Positions 1-10,535 of a DNA stretch of 64,000 nt are shown one piece after another. The translations under genes were made by a program, and so were the position numbers. The DNA lies in the IMG/VR virus record IMGVR_UViG_3300043787_000046, positions 4,833-68,832 of that record. One strand, given 5' to 3'. The notes beneath the pieces were generated by a model that ran no database searches, was not told the DNA's origin, and saw only the letters and a list, made by a program, of their open reading frames with translations. The stretch comes from a virus. The stretch's first letter is position 1. Each line of letters begins with the position of its first letter.

Positions 1-23
1 TCGGCGCAGCAGCCCCCGTCGTC

Positions 24-2369
24 GTGCCCTCGGCAGCCGTCGCCAAGATGTCCGGCACCGGAGTCCCCCCGGGCATCGAGGCGTCCGAGGCGCTCCAGCA
101 GATGACCCCCGGGTCGCCGTTCGCCCCGGGTACGCCCCTCCCGCCGTTCGACGGGTACTCCCGCACCCCCCGCACCCGCGACTTCCCCGCCAGCGTCAAC
201 GTGGCGACCCGCCCGCGGCTCCACGAGCGGGTCAGCTTCGAGACGCTGCGGGGCCTTATCAGGGCCTATGACGTGGCGGGCATGTGCATCTGGCACCGCA
301 TCGACACGCTGCGGTCCGTCAAGTACCGGCTCGTCCCCGCCGACGGCTACAGCGGTGACGTGACCGGCGCTGTCGAGCTGGCCAAGCAGGTACTCCGCAA
401 GCCCGACGGGCGCCACCACTTCAAAAACTGGCTGGCGCGCTGGCTGTACGACGTCCTCGCCTACGACGCCGGGGCGCTCTTCCGCCTCCGGAACAGGGCC
501 GGCCGCTGCACCGGCCTGAAAACAATTGACGGCACGACTCTCGCGCCGCTCCTCGATTACTGGGGCGACGAGCCCGGGGCCCCGGCGCCAAGCCACGTCC
601 AGATCGTCAACGGGCTGATCTGGAACTGGCTGACACCCGACGACCTCATTTACGAGCCGATGCGCCCGGTCAATGACTCGATTTACGGGCAGCCGCCGAT
701 CGAGCTTGTCATCCTGAATGCCAACACGGACATCCGGACGCAGATCCACTTCCTTCAGAGATACACGGAAGGAAATATCCCGGAGGCTTTCGCAAGCTCG
801 CCGGAATCGTGGACACCGGATCAGATTGAGCTTTTCCAGGGCTACTGGGACAGTTTCATGTACGGAGACGCGGCGAGGAAACACCAGATCAGGTGGATGC
901 CCGGCGGGAGTTCCATTTCGTGGACTAACGAGCGGGATTTCACTGACGCGTTCTCGCTGTTCATGATGCGCAAGACCTGCGCCGGCTACCACGTCGTCCC
1001 GACAGACCTGGGATTCACGGACTCCTCGAATTACTCCACCGGGGAAAGCCAGGCAGACGTCGCCCACAAGGCCGGCGAGCTGCCGCTGATGGAATATACC
1101 GAGGAAATCCTCAGCCAGTTCCTTTATGACGACATCCGGGTGCCGGTTAAATTCGAGTGGGACCGCGGCGAAGACCAGGATGACCGTCTCGTGCAGGCGC
1201 AGTCGGACCAGATCTACATTCAGTCCGCCGTCGTGGACGCGGACGAGATCAGGGAAATGCGGTTCGGCCTCCCCGTCGACGAGCAGCGCAGGGTGGGCAG
1301 GATCTTCTTTACCGAACGCGGCGGCCCGATCCCGCTCAACTCGTTCCTCGCCCTGGCCGGCAAGATCGACCCGGAGACCGCCGCCCCCGCCGCCGATGCG
1401 GTGCTGCCGGACACGGCGTTCAGCGACGTTGAGGGGGTCATCTCCAACCCGCCTGTCCTCGGGACGCCGCTTGCGGTGGAAGAGTACGGGCCGGGCGCAC
1501 TGCCCCCGATGCCCCCGTCCCAGCCGATGCCGGCGGACGAGCCGGCAGGCGCGGACGACGGCGACGGCAGTAAGCCGGTGGCCAAGGAAGGCGACGGCGC
1601 GGCCCCGGCAACGGGGATCACGGCGGAGACCGGCCTGTACGGCTACGACCTTGACCGGGGCGATGAGGGCGAGGAAGACGGCGACCGCGAGCGGGTCGCC
1701 AAGTCCGAGCTCGCCGTGTTCTGCGCCTACCGGCAGGCGCGCCGCCGCGAGCGCGAGTGGCGCGACTTCCCGTTCACCGCCGTCGGCAAGACCGCCGCTC
1801 ATAACCTCAACGATTCCGGCCGGCTGGCCGTCCGCAAGGACGCCGGTGAAGTCGCGGTCGCCGGCCTGGCGGTCCTCGCCGCGGACACCGGCCGCGTGCT
1901 GATGCTCCAGCGGGCACTCTGTGCCGACGACCCGGCGGCGGGGACCTGGGAATTCCCGGGCGGCCACATCGAAGGCGATGAGTCGCCGCTGGCCGCCGCG
2001 TGGCGGGAGTGGCAGGAGGAAACGGGGACGGCGTGCGCCCCCGGAGTGCAGACCGGCTCGTGGACGTCCGGTATCTACCAGGGCATCGTGTGGACGATCG
2101 AGCGCGAGGCAATGGTGCCCGTCCGCTCGGGCACCATGATCCCGGACCCGGATGACCCCGATGGCGACCAGGCCGAATCCATTGCATGGTGGGATCCGGC
2201 GACAATCCCCGGCAACCCGGCGGTACGGCCCGAGCTGCTCGCCGGCATCGGCGCCGTGACGGCCGCTCTCGGCTGCGCTTCACCTGATGACAGTGTTGCG
2301 GCGCAGACCGGTAAGGTTGCCAAGGCGGCTGATGCGGCCCCAAAAGCGAGTGGCCCGGATGGGCTCTAG
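24..2369 (+). CDS. Phage portal protein with C-terminal NUDIX-like domain (may begin upstream of the window)
   Basis: Portal-like motifs (SIYGQPPIE, YTEGNIPEAF, YHVVPTDLG, EIREMRFGLP); NUDIX box GTWEFPGGHIEGDESPLAAAWREWQEETG; frame open to the window edge; first gene of the head operon. Confidence 0.85.
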   Translation: MPSAAVAKMSGTGVPPGIEASEALQQMTPGSPFAPGTPLPPFDGYSRTPRTRDFPASVNVATRPRLHERVSFETLRGLIRAYDVAGMCIWHRIDTLRSVKYRLVPADGYSGDVTGAVELAKQVLRKPDGRHHFKNWLARWLYDVLAYDAGALFRLRNRAGRCTGLKTIDGTTLAPLLDYWGDEPGAPAPSHVQIVNGLIWNWLTPDDLIYEPMRPVNDSIYGQPPIELVILNANTDIRTQIHFLQRYTEGNIPEAFASSPESWTPDQIELFQGYWDSFMYGDAARKHQIRWMPGGSSISWTNERDFTDAFSLFMMRKTCAGYHVVPTDLGFTDSSNYSTGESQADVAHKAGELPLMEYTEEILSQFLYDDIRVPVKFEWDRGEDQDDRLVQAQSDQIYIQSAVVDADEIREMRFGLPVDEQRRVGRIFFTERGGPIPLNSFLALAGKIDPETAAPAADAVLPDTAFSDVEGVISNPPVLGTPLAVEEYGPGALPPMPPSQPMPADEPAGADDGDGSKPVAKEGDGAAPATGITAETGLYGYDLDRGDEGEEDGDRERVAKSELAVFCAYRQARRREREWRDFPFTAVGKTAAHNLNDSGRLAVRKDAGEVAVAGLAVLAADTGRVLMLQRALCADDPAAGTWEFPGGHIEGDESPLAAAWREWQEETGTACAPGVQTGSWTSGIYQGIVWTIEREAMVPVRSGTMIPDPDDPDGDQAESIAWWDPATIPGNPAVRPELLAGIGAVTAALGCASPDDSVAAQTGKVAKAADAAPKASGPDGL

Positions 2370-3124
2370 ACCTCCCCGCCGCTGACTACTGGGGCGGCCA
2401 GATCACGCAAGCCCTGTCGGCGTCGCTCACCGAAGCGCAGGCGACCCGCCTCGCGGACGCCTACGCCGCGGCGAACCCGCCGCAGCAGGGCCAGAAGAAA
2501 CGCGACGCGACCGCCGCCGCAGCCTTGTGGCTCGGCAACAGCGGCCCGGATCTCGCCGCGGCGCTGGCCCCGCTGATGCCCGGCATCATCACGGACGGCT
2601 GGCTGATCGGCGCGGTCTCCGGCCAGGTGATGACGGACGGCGGCAAGCCGGCGGCCGGGAAGTGGAAGCCCGGCGCGTCGGCCGAGGCGACGGCGGCGGT
2701 CGGGAACCTCGGCATCGGCCCGCAGCTCGCCGCGGCGCTCGCCGGCGCAGGGCAGGCAGCGCAGCAGATGGCGCACGGCATCGCGGTCACGCTCGGGCGG
2801 CTGCTCGCCGAGGGCGCGGCGGCCGGGCTGTCCGCGGCGGCGGCCGGCAAGACGCTGATTACCGCACTGGCCGACACCGTGAAAGCGGCAGCCGGGGCGC
2901 TCGGGCAGATCGTGACCGCGATCGGCGCGGCGGCGCTGGCGTGGTACCGGCACCGGCAGGTTGAGCGCCATGCCTGGATCACGGAGGGGGACGCCGGAGT
3001 GTGTCCCGTTTGCGACGCGAACGCCGCAGCCGGGCCTGTCCGGGTGGGCGACCCGTTCCCGTCGGGTGACCTTACGGAACCTGCTCACGATGGCTGCCGG
3101 TGCGCAACGGTGCCGGCGTCATGA
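2339..3124 (+). CDS. MuF/gp7-like head morphogenesis domain, probably reached by -1 frameshift from the portal gene
   Basis: C-terminal WITEGDAGVCPVC...PAHDGCRC motif; frame open from the C CCA AAA heptamer (2339-2345), with TGA at 2330 and no start codon until TTG 2525. Confidence 0.7.
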   Translation, partial: PKSEWPGWALDLPAADYWGGQITQALSASLTEAQATRLADAYAAANPPQQGQKKRDATAAAALWLGNSGPDLAAALAPLMPGIITDGWLIGAVSGQVMTDGGKPAAGKWKPGASAEATAAVGNLGIGPQLAAALAGAGQAAQQMAHGIAVTLGRLLAEGAAAGLSAAAAGKTLITALADTVKAAAGALGQIVTAIGAAALAWYRHRQVERHAWITEGDAGVCPVCDANAAAGPVRVGDPFPSGDLTEPAHDGCRCATVPAS

Positions 3125-3474
3125 CCCGTCGCCATCCGGGCTAGCGGAACCACGTCCCTCGCCCGTCCCGGTGCCACGTCCCCTCGGGATGCGGCTCCAG
3201 AGCGCAGGCCAGCGGAGACGGTCCGTGCACGGGACCGCAGTAGCAGAGATCGTGCGAGGCGACCGGGATCTCATAGGCGGCCAGGCGCATGACCGGGATG
3301 CCCGGCTCGAACAGGCGGGTGCCGCACAGCCCCTTCTGGCTGTACTCGGTGACCGGCTCGTCGTCGCTCATGACTCCCACCATCGCATGACGGCAGCCAG
3401 GAGCCACCACAGCGCTATGCATCCGATCGCGGCGGCACCCATACCCGCATAGGCCTTGAGGACCCACAGGAGGC

Positions 3475-3918
3475 TCACGGTTTCCACTCCTCCCGCCACC
3501 CCGGACGGTGCCGGTAGCCGTAGCCGGGGTAGCGGACTGTACGGCACGGGAACGCCTCGACGGCACAGTGGACGCACTCGGGGTAACGCTCGTAATCGTT
3601 GCTGGCGTGCAGGTCCAGGATCGCAAGCTCTGCCTCGCACCGGGCGATCGTGTCACGCGGGTCGTTCGCCGCGATGAGCCGCGTCAGGCGCGAATCGCCC
3701 ATCGCCCACGTCCCGTACCAGGCATCATCCTCGCGGCCCTCACTGGTCACGAGGACGCCGCTGGACTGCTCGCGCCACGCCGACGAGGCGGCGGGAGGCC
3801 CGGCGGGAACGGTGACCGCCCCGGCATGCACATCCGCCTCGACCGTGACCGCGTTCAAGGCGAGTGCGCGCCGGCCCTCGATCTCGCGGCGCAGCCAGGT
3901 CACTAGCTCGTCGCTCAT
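3475..3918 (-). CDS. DUF6221-like protein (copy 1)
   Basis: LVTWLR...IAANDPRDTIARCEAELAILDLH...PCRTVR..YRHRPGWREEWKP pattern. Confidence 0.7.
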   Translation of the reverse strand: MSDELVTWLRREIEGRRALALNAVTVEADVHAGAVTVPAGPPAASSAWREQSSGVLVTSEGREDDAWYGTWAMGDSRLTRLIAANDPRDTIARCEAELAILDLHASNDYERYPECVHCAVEAFPCRTVRYPGYGYRHRPGWREEWKP

Positions 3919-4274
3919 CGCACCTCCGTGCATGAGTCGTGATGCGCCAGGATGCCGCCCACGAGCCCGCTCCCGCAGCTTGAGCACGTCCACAGCGGCG
4001 GGTCGGCAGAAAAGTTCCAGGTCAGGCGCTGGCGCTTGCCAGGGCCACCAGGCCCCCGCTTTACGATGATGCCGTCGAACACCTGTCCGGACATAACCAT
4101 CCGCCCGACCGAGTCCGTTTCACCCACCACCTCGAACGGCCCCAGGCAGGCGACGCCGTGCTTGTCGCGGATCACGTACGCGTTGCCGTCGCGGCGCATG
4201 GCTTCGGTCTGCTCGATGCGCTCCGCCGGCACCAGCAGCAGCTTGTAACCCTCCGGCGCGTCTTCTTCGCTCAT
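3915..4274 (-). CDS. Hypothetical protein with CxxC
   Basis: Compact ORF with ATGA overlap into the next gene. Confidence 0.5.
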   Translation of the reverse strand: MSEEDAPEGYKLLLVPAERIEQTEAMRRDGNAYVIRDKHGVACLGPFEVVGETDSVGRMVMSGQVFDGIIVKRGPGGPGKRQRLTWNFSADPPLWTCSSCGSGLVGGILAHHDSCTEVR

Positions 4275-4302
4275 GCGCCCGATTCTGCCAGGGGGTGACC
4301 GC

Positions 4303-4881
4303 ATGGACGGCATCCCCGGCTGCGAGGGCTCCATCGGCCCGTTCCCGAACGAGTACGCCGAGCCTCACGTCTACGCCCGGAGCGTCCAGTCGGGCACCGG
4401 GAACTGCGTGTGCGGGTGCGCTCTCGGCGAGGACATCCACACCGAGGCGGCACCCGGCGTGCCCGTCCCCGACTCGGCACGGATGGTCTGCAAGGCCGCT
4501 GAACCGCAGCGGTACGTCCTCGGGATCGCCTACCAGGCCGGCCGGGATGCTCGCATCGCCAAGGGGCAGGACGGCGCCCGGGACTTCTTCACCGCCGCCG
4601 AGCTCGAAAAAGCCGCATGGGAATTCCTGGCCAACGGCCCGCGCGTCGGGGCGTTCCATCTCGACGGCACCGACGAGGACGGCCTCGCGACCGTGGTCGA
4701 GTCCTACATCTACCGCGGCCCGGACTGGGATCTCGGTGACGGGATCGTCGCCAAGCCCGGCGACTGGCTCCTGGGTGCCATCCTCAGCCCGAAGGCGTGG
4801 GACATGCACCAGCGCGGGCTCGTAACAGGCTGGTCACCGCAGGGCGTGGCGCGGCGGCGCAAGTTCAGGACGGCGGCGTGA
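4303..4881 (+). CDS. XkdF-like putative prohead protease
   Basis: RYVLGIAY...ELEKAAWEFL...GAFH...VVESYIYRG...GDWLLG...TGWSPQG; position in head module. Confidence 0.75.
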   Translation: MDGIPGCEGSIGPFPNEYAEPHVYARSVQSGTGNCVCGCALGEDIHTEAAPGVPVPDSARMVCKAAEPQRYVLGIAYQAGRDARIAKGQDGARDFFTAAELEKAAWEFLANGPRVGAFHLDGTDEDGLATVVESYIYRGPDWDLGDGIVAKPGDWLLGAILSPKAWDMHQRGLVTGWSPQGVARRRKFRTAA

Positions 4882-5375
4882 CCGCCGGCTGCGCTCGCTG
4901 CGCCTCTTGCTGCGACCCGGTGCCGTTCACTGCCGCCGAGCACGAGACAGTCTCGGCATGGTCCGGCGCGGCAATGAAAGCCGCCGGCATCCCCGACCCG
5001 CGCACGGACGACGGCTGGGCATGGTGGCTGGACCACGGCTGGGACGCGGCCGAGCGGGACAAAGCGATCGGGCGCACCGACCCTTCCGGCCCATGGCGGC
5101 AGGACGCCGACTTCATCGCCGCGCACTGGACCCCGGACGGCGACAGCGGATGCAAGTGTGACGCCTTCGACCCGGCGACCGGATTGTGCGGCGCGCACGA
5201 CTCCCGGCCGCCCGTCTGCCGTAACTACCCGTGGTATAGCGGCGCCCCATGCGCAGAACGGGCAGCCAGCCTGCCCTCGCACTGCTCCTATCTCGCCGAT
5301 GTCCCCCGCGCGGAGCGCCCCGAGGGAAGCCGCCCGCTCATCCCGCTCACCGTGATCACGAGGGAGGCGGCGTGA
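4878..5375 (+). CDS. YkgJ-like (CxxCxxCC) cysteine-cluster protein
   Basis: CARCASCC...CDAFDPATGLCGAHDSRPPVCRNYP; GTGA overlaps on both sides. Confidence 0.75.
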   Translation: MTAGCARCASCCDPVPFTAAEHETVSAWSGAAMKAAGIPDPRTDDGWAWWLDHGWDAAERDKAIGRTDPSGPWRQDADFIAAHWTPDGDSGCKCDAFDPATGLCGAHDSRPPVCRNYPWYSGAPCAERAASLPSHCSYLADVPRAERPEGSRPLIPLTVITREAA

Positions 5376-7657
5376 CGATCGCGCCTGACGAGGACGACTT
5401 CACCGAGCTTGTCGACTTCCACCCCGACCGCGTGGACCTCGTCGGGAAAGCAGCGAACGGCATGAGATTCCTCATCGCCAAGCAGGACGCTTCCGTCGGC
5501 CTGCTGGAGCCGGAGTTCGTGCGCAGCCTCATCGGCAAGTCCGGACCTCAAGACACCACCACGGGAGGCTACGTGCCTGACTCGACTGCCACCAGGGAGC
5601 GGGAGCGGTTCGTCACCCCGAACGGCCTCACCCTGACCGGCTCCCCGGGAGACATCGCCTCGTTCATCCACAAGGCCGCGATCGCTGCGAGGGACCGGGA
5701 GGGCGCCGGCGGCGCAGACGGCTTCCGGCTCGCAACCGCCTACGTGAAGGCCGTCCCGGACACCGGCGAGCTCGCGGAGCAGCACCGCGCCGACGTGGCC
5801 AAGGCGGTCGCCGAGTACGAGCAGATCGTGAAGGCCAAGTACTCCGCCGGCGACAAGCGGAAGATGGCGGCCTCCGGCGAGGCCATGGATGACGGCTCCT
5901 ACCCGGTCAAGGATGAAGCCGACCTTGATCACGCTATCAAGGCGGTCGGTCGCGGCGGTGCCGACCACGACGCCATCAGGCGGCATGTCATCAAGCGCGC
6001 GAAGGCCCTCGGCAAGTCCTCCGAGATCCCGGGTAACTGGAACGCCGACGGCAGCCTCAAGCAGCCCGTGAGCAAGGAAGAGGAGCCGCCCGTGACTGCC
6101 GTCGCGAAGGACCTGATGGACGCCGCAGGCGACGCCGCCCCGCTAGATGACGGCATCGACGGCCTGGACCCGACGGTGCCGCTCGCCGCGCCGGATGACC
6201 CGGACGTTCCCGGCGACCCCACCGACCCCGGCTCCCCCGCATGGGAGGCCATCGACGCCGCAACCGCCTGCAAGTGGACCGCGATCCTGGCCAGGGCCGG
6301 GTACGCGATCGGGCTCCTCGCCGAGCGGGAAATGCTCGAGGCGGCCAGCGCGGACCCCGACGACCAGGAGAACGCCTGGGACCTGCAGGACGTGGGCTGC
6401 GCCCTCGACTACGCCATCAGCGTCCTGGCCCCGTACGCCGTCGGCGAGCAGTCCGAGGCTGACTGCGGGGCGATGGAGATGGAGGGCATCGCCAAGGCCG
6501 CCGGGTTCGTGCGGCCCGCCGACCTGAAGGTCATCGAGACGTTCGCCGCAGTCAAGAAGGCCGGCCGTGTCCTGTCCGCGCCGAACGAGGCCGCGATCCG
6601 CGGTGCCGTCGACTCCCTGCAGAAAGTTCTCGCCTCACTGCCTGATGCCCCAGTTGCCAAGTCCCAGAAGGAGGCGGGGATGCCCGCAGCCAAGACCGCA
6701 GGAGAGGCCCCGGCGGCGCCGGTGGCGAAGGAAGGCGCCGCAGCCGCGGCGCCGGAAGAGCAGGCCCGTAACACCGGCCCCGTCAATGCGGGCGGGACGA
6801 CCGGGACGGGGCAGCCGCGAGCCACGGGCCCTGACGCGGCACTCCCCGGCGACGGCCCGCAGGCCGCGCTCCCCGGTGACGCCGCGGGCCGGACGGTCGT
6901 CAAGTCGGCGCTCCAGGTCGTGGTCTACGACCGGGCCGGCCGCCAGTGCATCACCAGCCAGGACGTTATCCGCACCAGCATCGCCAAGGCTGACGGCGGC
7001 AGCTCCGGCGACACGCTGACCGCCGTGTTCGATCAGGACGGCGACCTCATCGGCGTGGTGCCCGCGAGCGCCATCCAGCCGGTCGCCGGGGCCGGCGCAC
7101 CGGACCCCGGGGACACGCAGGACGCCCCCGATCCCGCAGCCCAGGCCGCGGACCCCGACGACATGGAGCCGCAGCCGTCCGCCGACGCGGGAACCCCCGC
7201 CAGTGCCGTCGGCAAGTCGGCACGCAGCCCTGAGGAGGCAACGATGGAGAACATCCTGAAGGGCATCGCCGACGCGCAGGCCGCGTTCGCCGCCCAGCAG
7301 GCGCAGTACCTGGAGGCCGTCACCAAGGCGGTCACCGCAGGCAGCGACGCACAGGCCAGGGAAATAGAAGTCCTCAAGGCCCGCGTCGCCAACGTGGAAG
7401 AGCAGCCCGCGGTCCCCGGCGTGTTCAGCAACGGCGCGACACCGCCCCGGGATGCAGCGCCGCCGCCCGCGCCTCAGTTCCGCGGCCAGGACCACGGCGG
7501 CGCCTCGCAGGTCGACGTGGCCAAGGCCCTGGCCCGCAAGCGGGAACTGTACGAGGCCCCCGACGCGCGCCGGCAGGACCAGATCGCCAAGAGCATGCAG
7601 GGCGATGCGGCCGCGGCGCTCGCCGCGGTCCACGCCGCAGGCCCCCGCAAGCTCTAG
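5372..7657 (+). CDS. Putative capsid scaffold/maturation protein
   Basis: RVDLVGKAANG N-terminus, internal GSYP..DL..AI.AVGRG domain, low-complexity Ala/Pro/Asp tracts; directly before the capsid gene. Confidence 0.55.
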   Translation: MTIAPDEDDFTELVDFHPDRVDLVGKAANGMRFLIAKQDASVGLLEPEFVRSLIGKSGPQDTTTGGYVPDSTATRERERFVTPNGLTLTGSPGDIASFIHKAAIAARDREGAGGADGFRLATAYVKAVPDTGELAEQHRADVAKAVAEYEQIVKAKYSAGDKRKMAASGEAMDDGSYPVKDEADLDHAIKAVGRGGADHDAIRRHVIKRAKALGKSSEIPGNWNADGSLKQPVSKEEEPPVTAVAKDLMDAAGDAAPLDDGIDGLDPTVPLAAPDDPDVPGDPTDPGSPAWEAIDAATACKWTAILARAGYAIGLLAEREMLEAASADPDDQENAWDLQDVGCALDYAISVLAPYAVGEQSEADCGAMEMEGIAKAAGFVRPADLKVIETFAAVKKAGRVLSAPNEAAIRGAVDSLQKVLASLPDAPVAKSQKEAGMPAAKTAGEAPAAPVAKEGAAAAAPEEQARNTGPVNAGGTTGTGQPRATGPDAALPGDGPQAALPGDAAGRTVVKSALQVVVYDRAGRQCITSQDVIRTSIAKADGGSSGDTLTAVFDQDGDLIGVVPASAIQPVAGAGAPDPGDTQDAPDPAAQAADPDDMEPQPSADAGTPASAVGKSARSPEEATMENILKGIADAQAAFAAQQAQYLEAVTKAVTAGSDAQAREIEVLKARVANVEEQPAVPGVFSNGATPPRDAAPPPAPQFRGQDHGGASQVDVAKALARKRELYEAPDARRQDQIAKSMQGDAAAALAAVHAAGPRKL

Positions 7658-7762
7658 CAGCCCGGGCCGCCGACGGCCCGGCACCCCCCCGAACAGCATC
7701 AGCCGAGCCCTCACGGCCAGCGCGCCGCGGGGGCTTTCGCATGCCCCCGGAAGGAGGCACCG

Positions 7763-9256
7763 ATGACCGCAGGAATGCAGGAAATCACCCAGGAAACCCT
7801 GGAGGGCGCCGACAGGATCGCCAAGGCCGCCGCGGCGGCCGGGATCTACGCGTCGTCCGGCTTCTACGGCTACGACCTGTCGTCGCTGGTCTCGCTCGTC
7901 CCCGTCGTCACCCCGTTCCGCGACCTGGTCGCCCGGGAGACACCGGAAGACGGCAACCCGTTCGCGGTCTGGCGTAGCTTGATGAACGTCAACTCCAGCC
8001 AGCTCGACCCCGCCATGGGCGTCGACTACGCGGCGAACGAGGCGACGTTCCAAGAGCAGGACTTCCAGGCGAAGTACATGCCGACCGGCTACTCCGGGAA
8101 CGTCACGCAGGACTCCGTGGACTTCGCCCGCGGGTACACCGACCCCTACGCGCTGGCGACTTTCCAGACCCTGAACCAGTGCCTCATCGGGGACGACCGC
8201 AAGCAGCTCGGCGCGCAGTCCTTCCCTCTCGCCGCCGCCGCGGCACCGTCGATCACCCAGGTCGGCTCCGGCGGCTCCATCGGCGCCGTCCAGGTGTACG
8301 TCGGCGTCGCGGCCAGGACCGGCAGCGGCTACTACTACGGCTCCGGCAACAGCCAGGGCAACAGCAACAGCACCACGTTCGGGTCCGGGGCGGCCAACTC
8401 CCTCACCGCCTCCGCCGCCGCTATCCGCGGCGCCGTCCTGTACGACTGGTTCCAGTCCAGCAACGGCACGACCTGGTACTACTACACGTCGACGACCACC
8501 AACACGGTCACCATGACCAAGGTCATCACCCAGGCACAGGCGCTCCCGGGCCTCGCCGACCTGTCCACGATGTGGCAGGGCGCCGCCGGGACCCCGACCT
8601 ACAATGCGGCAGCCGACAACGGCTCCGGCAACCCGAAGGACTACGACGGGTTCCTCGCCAGCCTCAGCGGCGACTACACGGCCACCGGCCAGTGGGCGCA
8701 GCCCGGCACCGCCACCCCCAACCCGTCGGTGTGGACCTCGCTCAACGGCGCCGCGCTCACCCTCACCGGCGGCAGTGTCAACGAGATCGCCGAGTACATC
8801 TTCCTGACCTTGTGGAACAGCGTGAAGTGCTCCCCGACGGCACTGATGATGAACGCCGCGCAGGCACAGGAAATCGCCAACCTGATCGTCGGCTCAGGGT
8901 CGGCGACCACCTTCTTGAACACTGACGCCGCAGGCCGTATCTCGGTCACCGCCGGCGGCAGGGTCGGGGAGATCATCAACACCTCCGCCAACGTCACCGT
9001 CCCGATCGAGGTCCACGTCAGCCTGCCGCCGGGCACCATCATCGGCCGCACCGACCGGGTGCCGTTCCCGCAGGCCGAAATCGAGAACGTCATCGCCCAG
9101 CGCTGCCTCCGCGACACCGCCCAGTTCGACTACGGGATCTCGAGGGTCGCGGGCGTCAAGGGCGGCGGCCCGCGCCGCGAGTTCGAAATTCGCAGTGTCA
9201 GCGCGTTCTGCAATCGCGCCCCTGTTGCCATGGCAACGCTCAGCTGCGTTGCCTAA
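7763..9256 (+). CDS. Major capsid protein (with a probable inserted beta-rich domain)
   Basis: Strong RBS GGAAGGAGG, 497 aa, FYGYDLSSLVSLVPVVTPFRD N-terminus, position after scaffold. Confidence 0.75.
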   Translation: MTAGMQEITQETLEGADRIAKAAAAAGIYASSGFYGYDLSSLVSLVPVVTPFRDLVARETPEDGNPFAVWRSLMNVNSSQLDPAMGVDYAANEATFQEQDFQAKYMPTGYSGNVTQDSVDFARGYTDPYALATFQTLNQCLIGDDRKQLGAQSFPLAAAAAPSITQVGSGGSIGAVQVYVGVAARTGSGYYYGSGNSQGNSNSTTFGSGAANSLTASAAAIRGAVLYDWFQSSNGTTWYYYTSTTTNTVTMTKVITQAQALPGLADLSTMWQGAAGTPTYNAAADNGSGNPKDYDGFLASLSGDYTATGQWAQPGTATPNPSVWTSLNGAALTLTGGSVNEIAEYIFLTLWNSVKCSPTALMMNAAQAQEIANLIVGSGSATTFLNTDAAGRISVTAGGRVGEIINTSANVTVPIEVHVSLPPGTIIGRTDRVPFPQAEIENVIAQRCLRDTAQFDYGISRVAGVKGGGPRREFEIRSVSAFCNRAPVAMATLSCVA

Positions 9257-9616
9257 CTGGGAAAACGTGAATCGCCACATGCCATGCCACTCACTACGGT
9301 GGGATCTCGGTAGGAATGGGAGCGGCCCGGCCAGTGTGTCACCGCTGACCGGGCGTAGCCCGAAACCCCCGACCTAACCGGGAGAGACAGGCGTGGACCA
9401 CGCTACAGAAGGAACCCTGGCCCGTAAGGGCGACCCGTGCCCGATGATCGAGGACGGCATGCCATGCCGCAAGCCGGTCTTCGCGCGCGGCTGGTGCGAG
9501 AACCTGAGGCTGCGGAAGTACCGCCGCGATCCTGCGGCATAAGACCAAGACCCGCCATCAAGGCCCGGGAGGCTGATTCTCCCGGGCCTCCGCCATGCCC
9601 GAAGGAGCCATTGCCC

Positions 9617-10060
9617 ATGCGCCTGTACTCACTGATCGGCGCGATCGCCCACGAGGATCCCGGGTACGGCCACTTCGAGGCCGACCCGGACGACGGCTCG
9701 TTCGCCTTCCCTGACGACGTGTCGGACGTGCTGGCCACCACCGGCGTCAAGGGACGCAAGCTGTGGGAGACCGAGGAGGAGCGGGCCGGCCGGCTGCACG
9801 GCATGGAGATGGCCCGCCGCCGTGACCCGGCGTCGATGCTGGAGGTCATGGAGACCAACGCGGCCCTGACCCGGCAGCTCACTGAGGTCATGACGCAGCT
9901 CGCCGCCATGCAGCTCGCCCAGGGCGGCTCGCCTGCCGCCAGCGTCCCCGCAGCCCCGGAGCAGCCGGCGGAGGCCCCGGAGGGCGGCCCCTCAGATGAC
10001 GCCGGGGACACCGGGAGGTCCGCCGCGAAGCGCAAGACCCCGGCCCCCAAGGCCGGCTAG
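9617..10060 (+). CDS. Phage hypothetical protein (head module)
   Basis: RBS GAAGGAG; GC3-rich ORF in late operon. Confidence 0.55.
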   Translation: MRLYSLIGAIAHEDPGYGHFEADPDDGSFAFPDDVSDVLATTGVKGRKLWETEEERAGRLHGMEMARRRDPASMLEVMETNAALTRQLTEVMTQLAAMQLAQGGSPAASVPAAPEQPAEAPEGGPSDDAGDTGRSAAKRKTPAPKAG

Positions 10061-10117
10061 CCCCCGTTTCCCCTCTCCGCGCGGGCTTGCCCGCGCTGAC
10101 CTCATGGAGGTTCAATC

Positions 10118-10507
10118 ATGCCCACGGCAATCGTAGGCGGCGGCAACAACGGCCCCCTTCAGGCGGAGTCCTCCGGCAACCCCGAGACGCTGAACGGCGT
10201 GCAGTCCCTCAACGCGGGCACCAGCACCGCCGGGTCCGCGCCGGTCCTTGCTCCCGCCTTCGCGGCCGGCACCGCAGCGCAGCTCAGCGATACGACCCGG
10301 GATTACATGGTTTACCTGGCCGTCACCACCTCGGGGACGGCGACTACGGTCGCGATCGGTCCCACGTCGACGCCGGCGAACACGATCCTGCCCAGCTCGT
10401 CCGTGACCGCAGGGCAGCTGATCAGCTTCCGCCTCCCGGCCGGCTGGTACGTGAAGTGGGCCGGGACGACCACGGCGATCGCCACGCAGACGGCTATCGG
10501 CTGCTAG
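10118..10507 (+). CDS. Putative virion structural/decoration protein
   Basis: Thr/Ala/Gly-rich beta protein, RBS GGAGG. Confidence 0.55.
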   Translation: MPTAIVGGGNNGPLQAESSGNPETLNGVQSLNAGTSTAGSAPVLAPAFAAGTAAQLSDTTRDYMVYLAVTTSGTATTVAIGPTSTPANTILPSSSVTAGQLISFRLPAGWYVKWAGTTTAIATQTAIGC

Positions 10508-10535
10508 CGGACGCCCCCGTTTTCAAGGAGGACCG

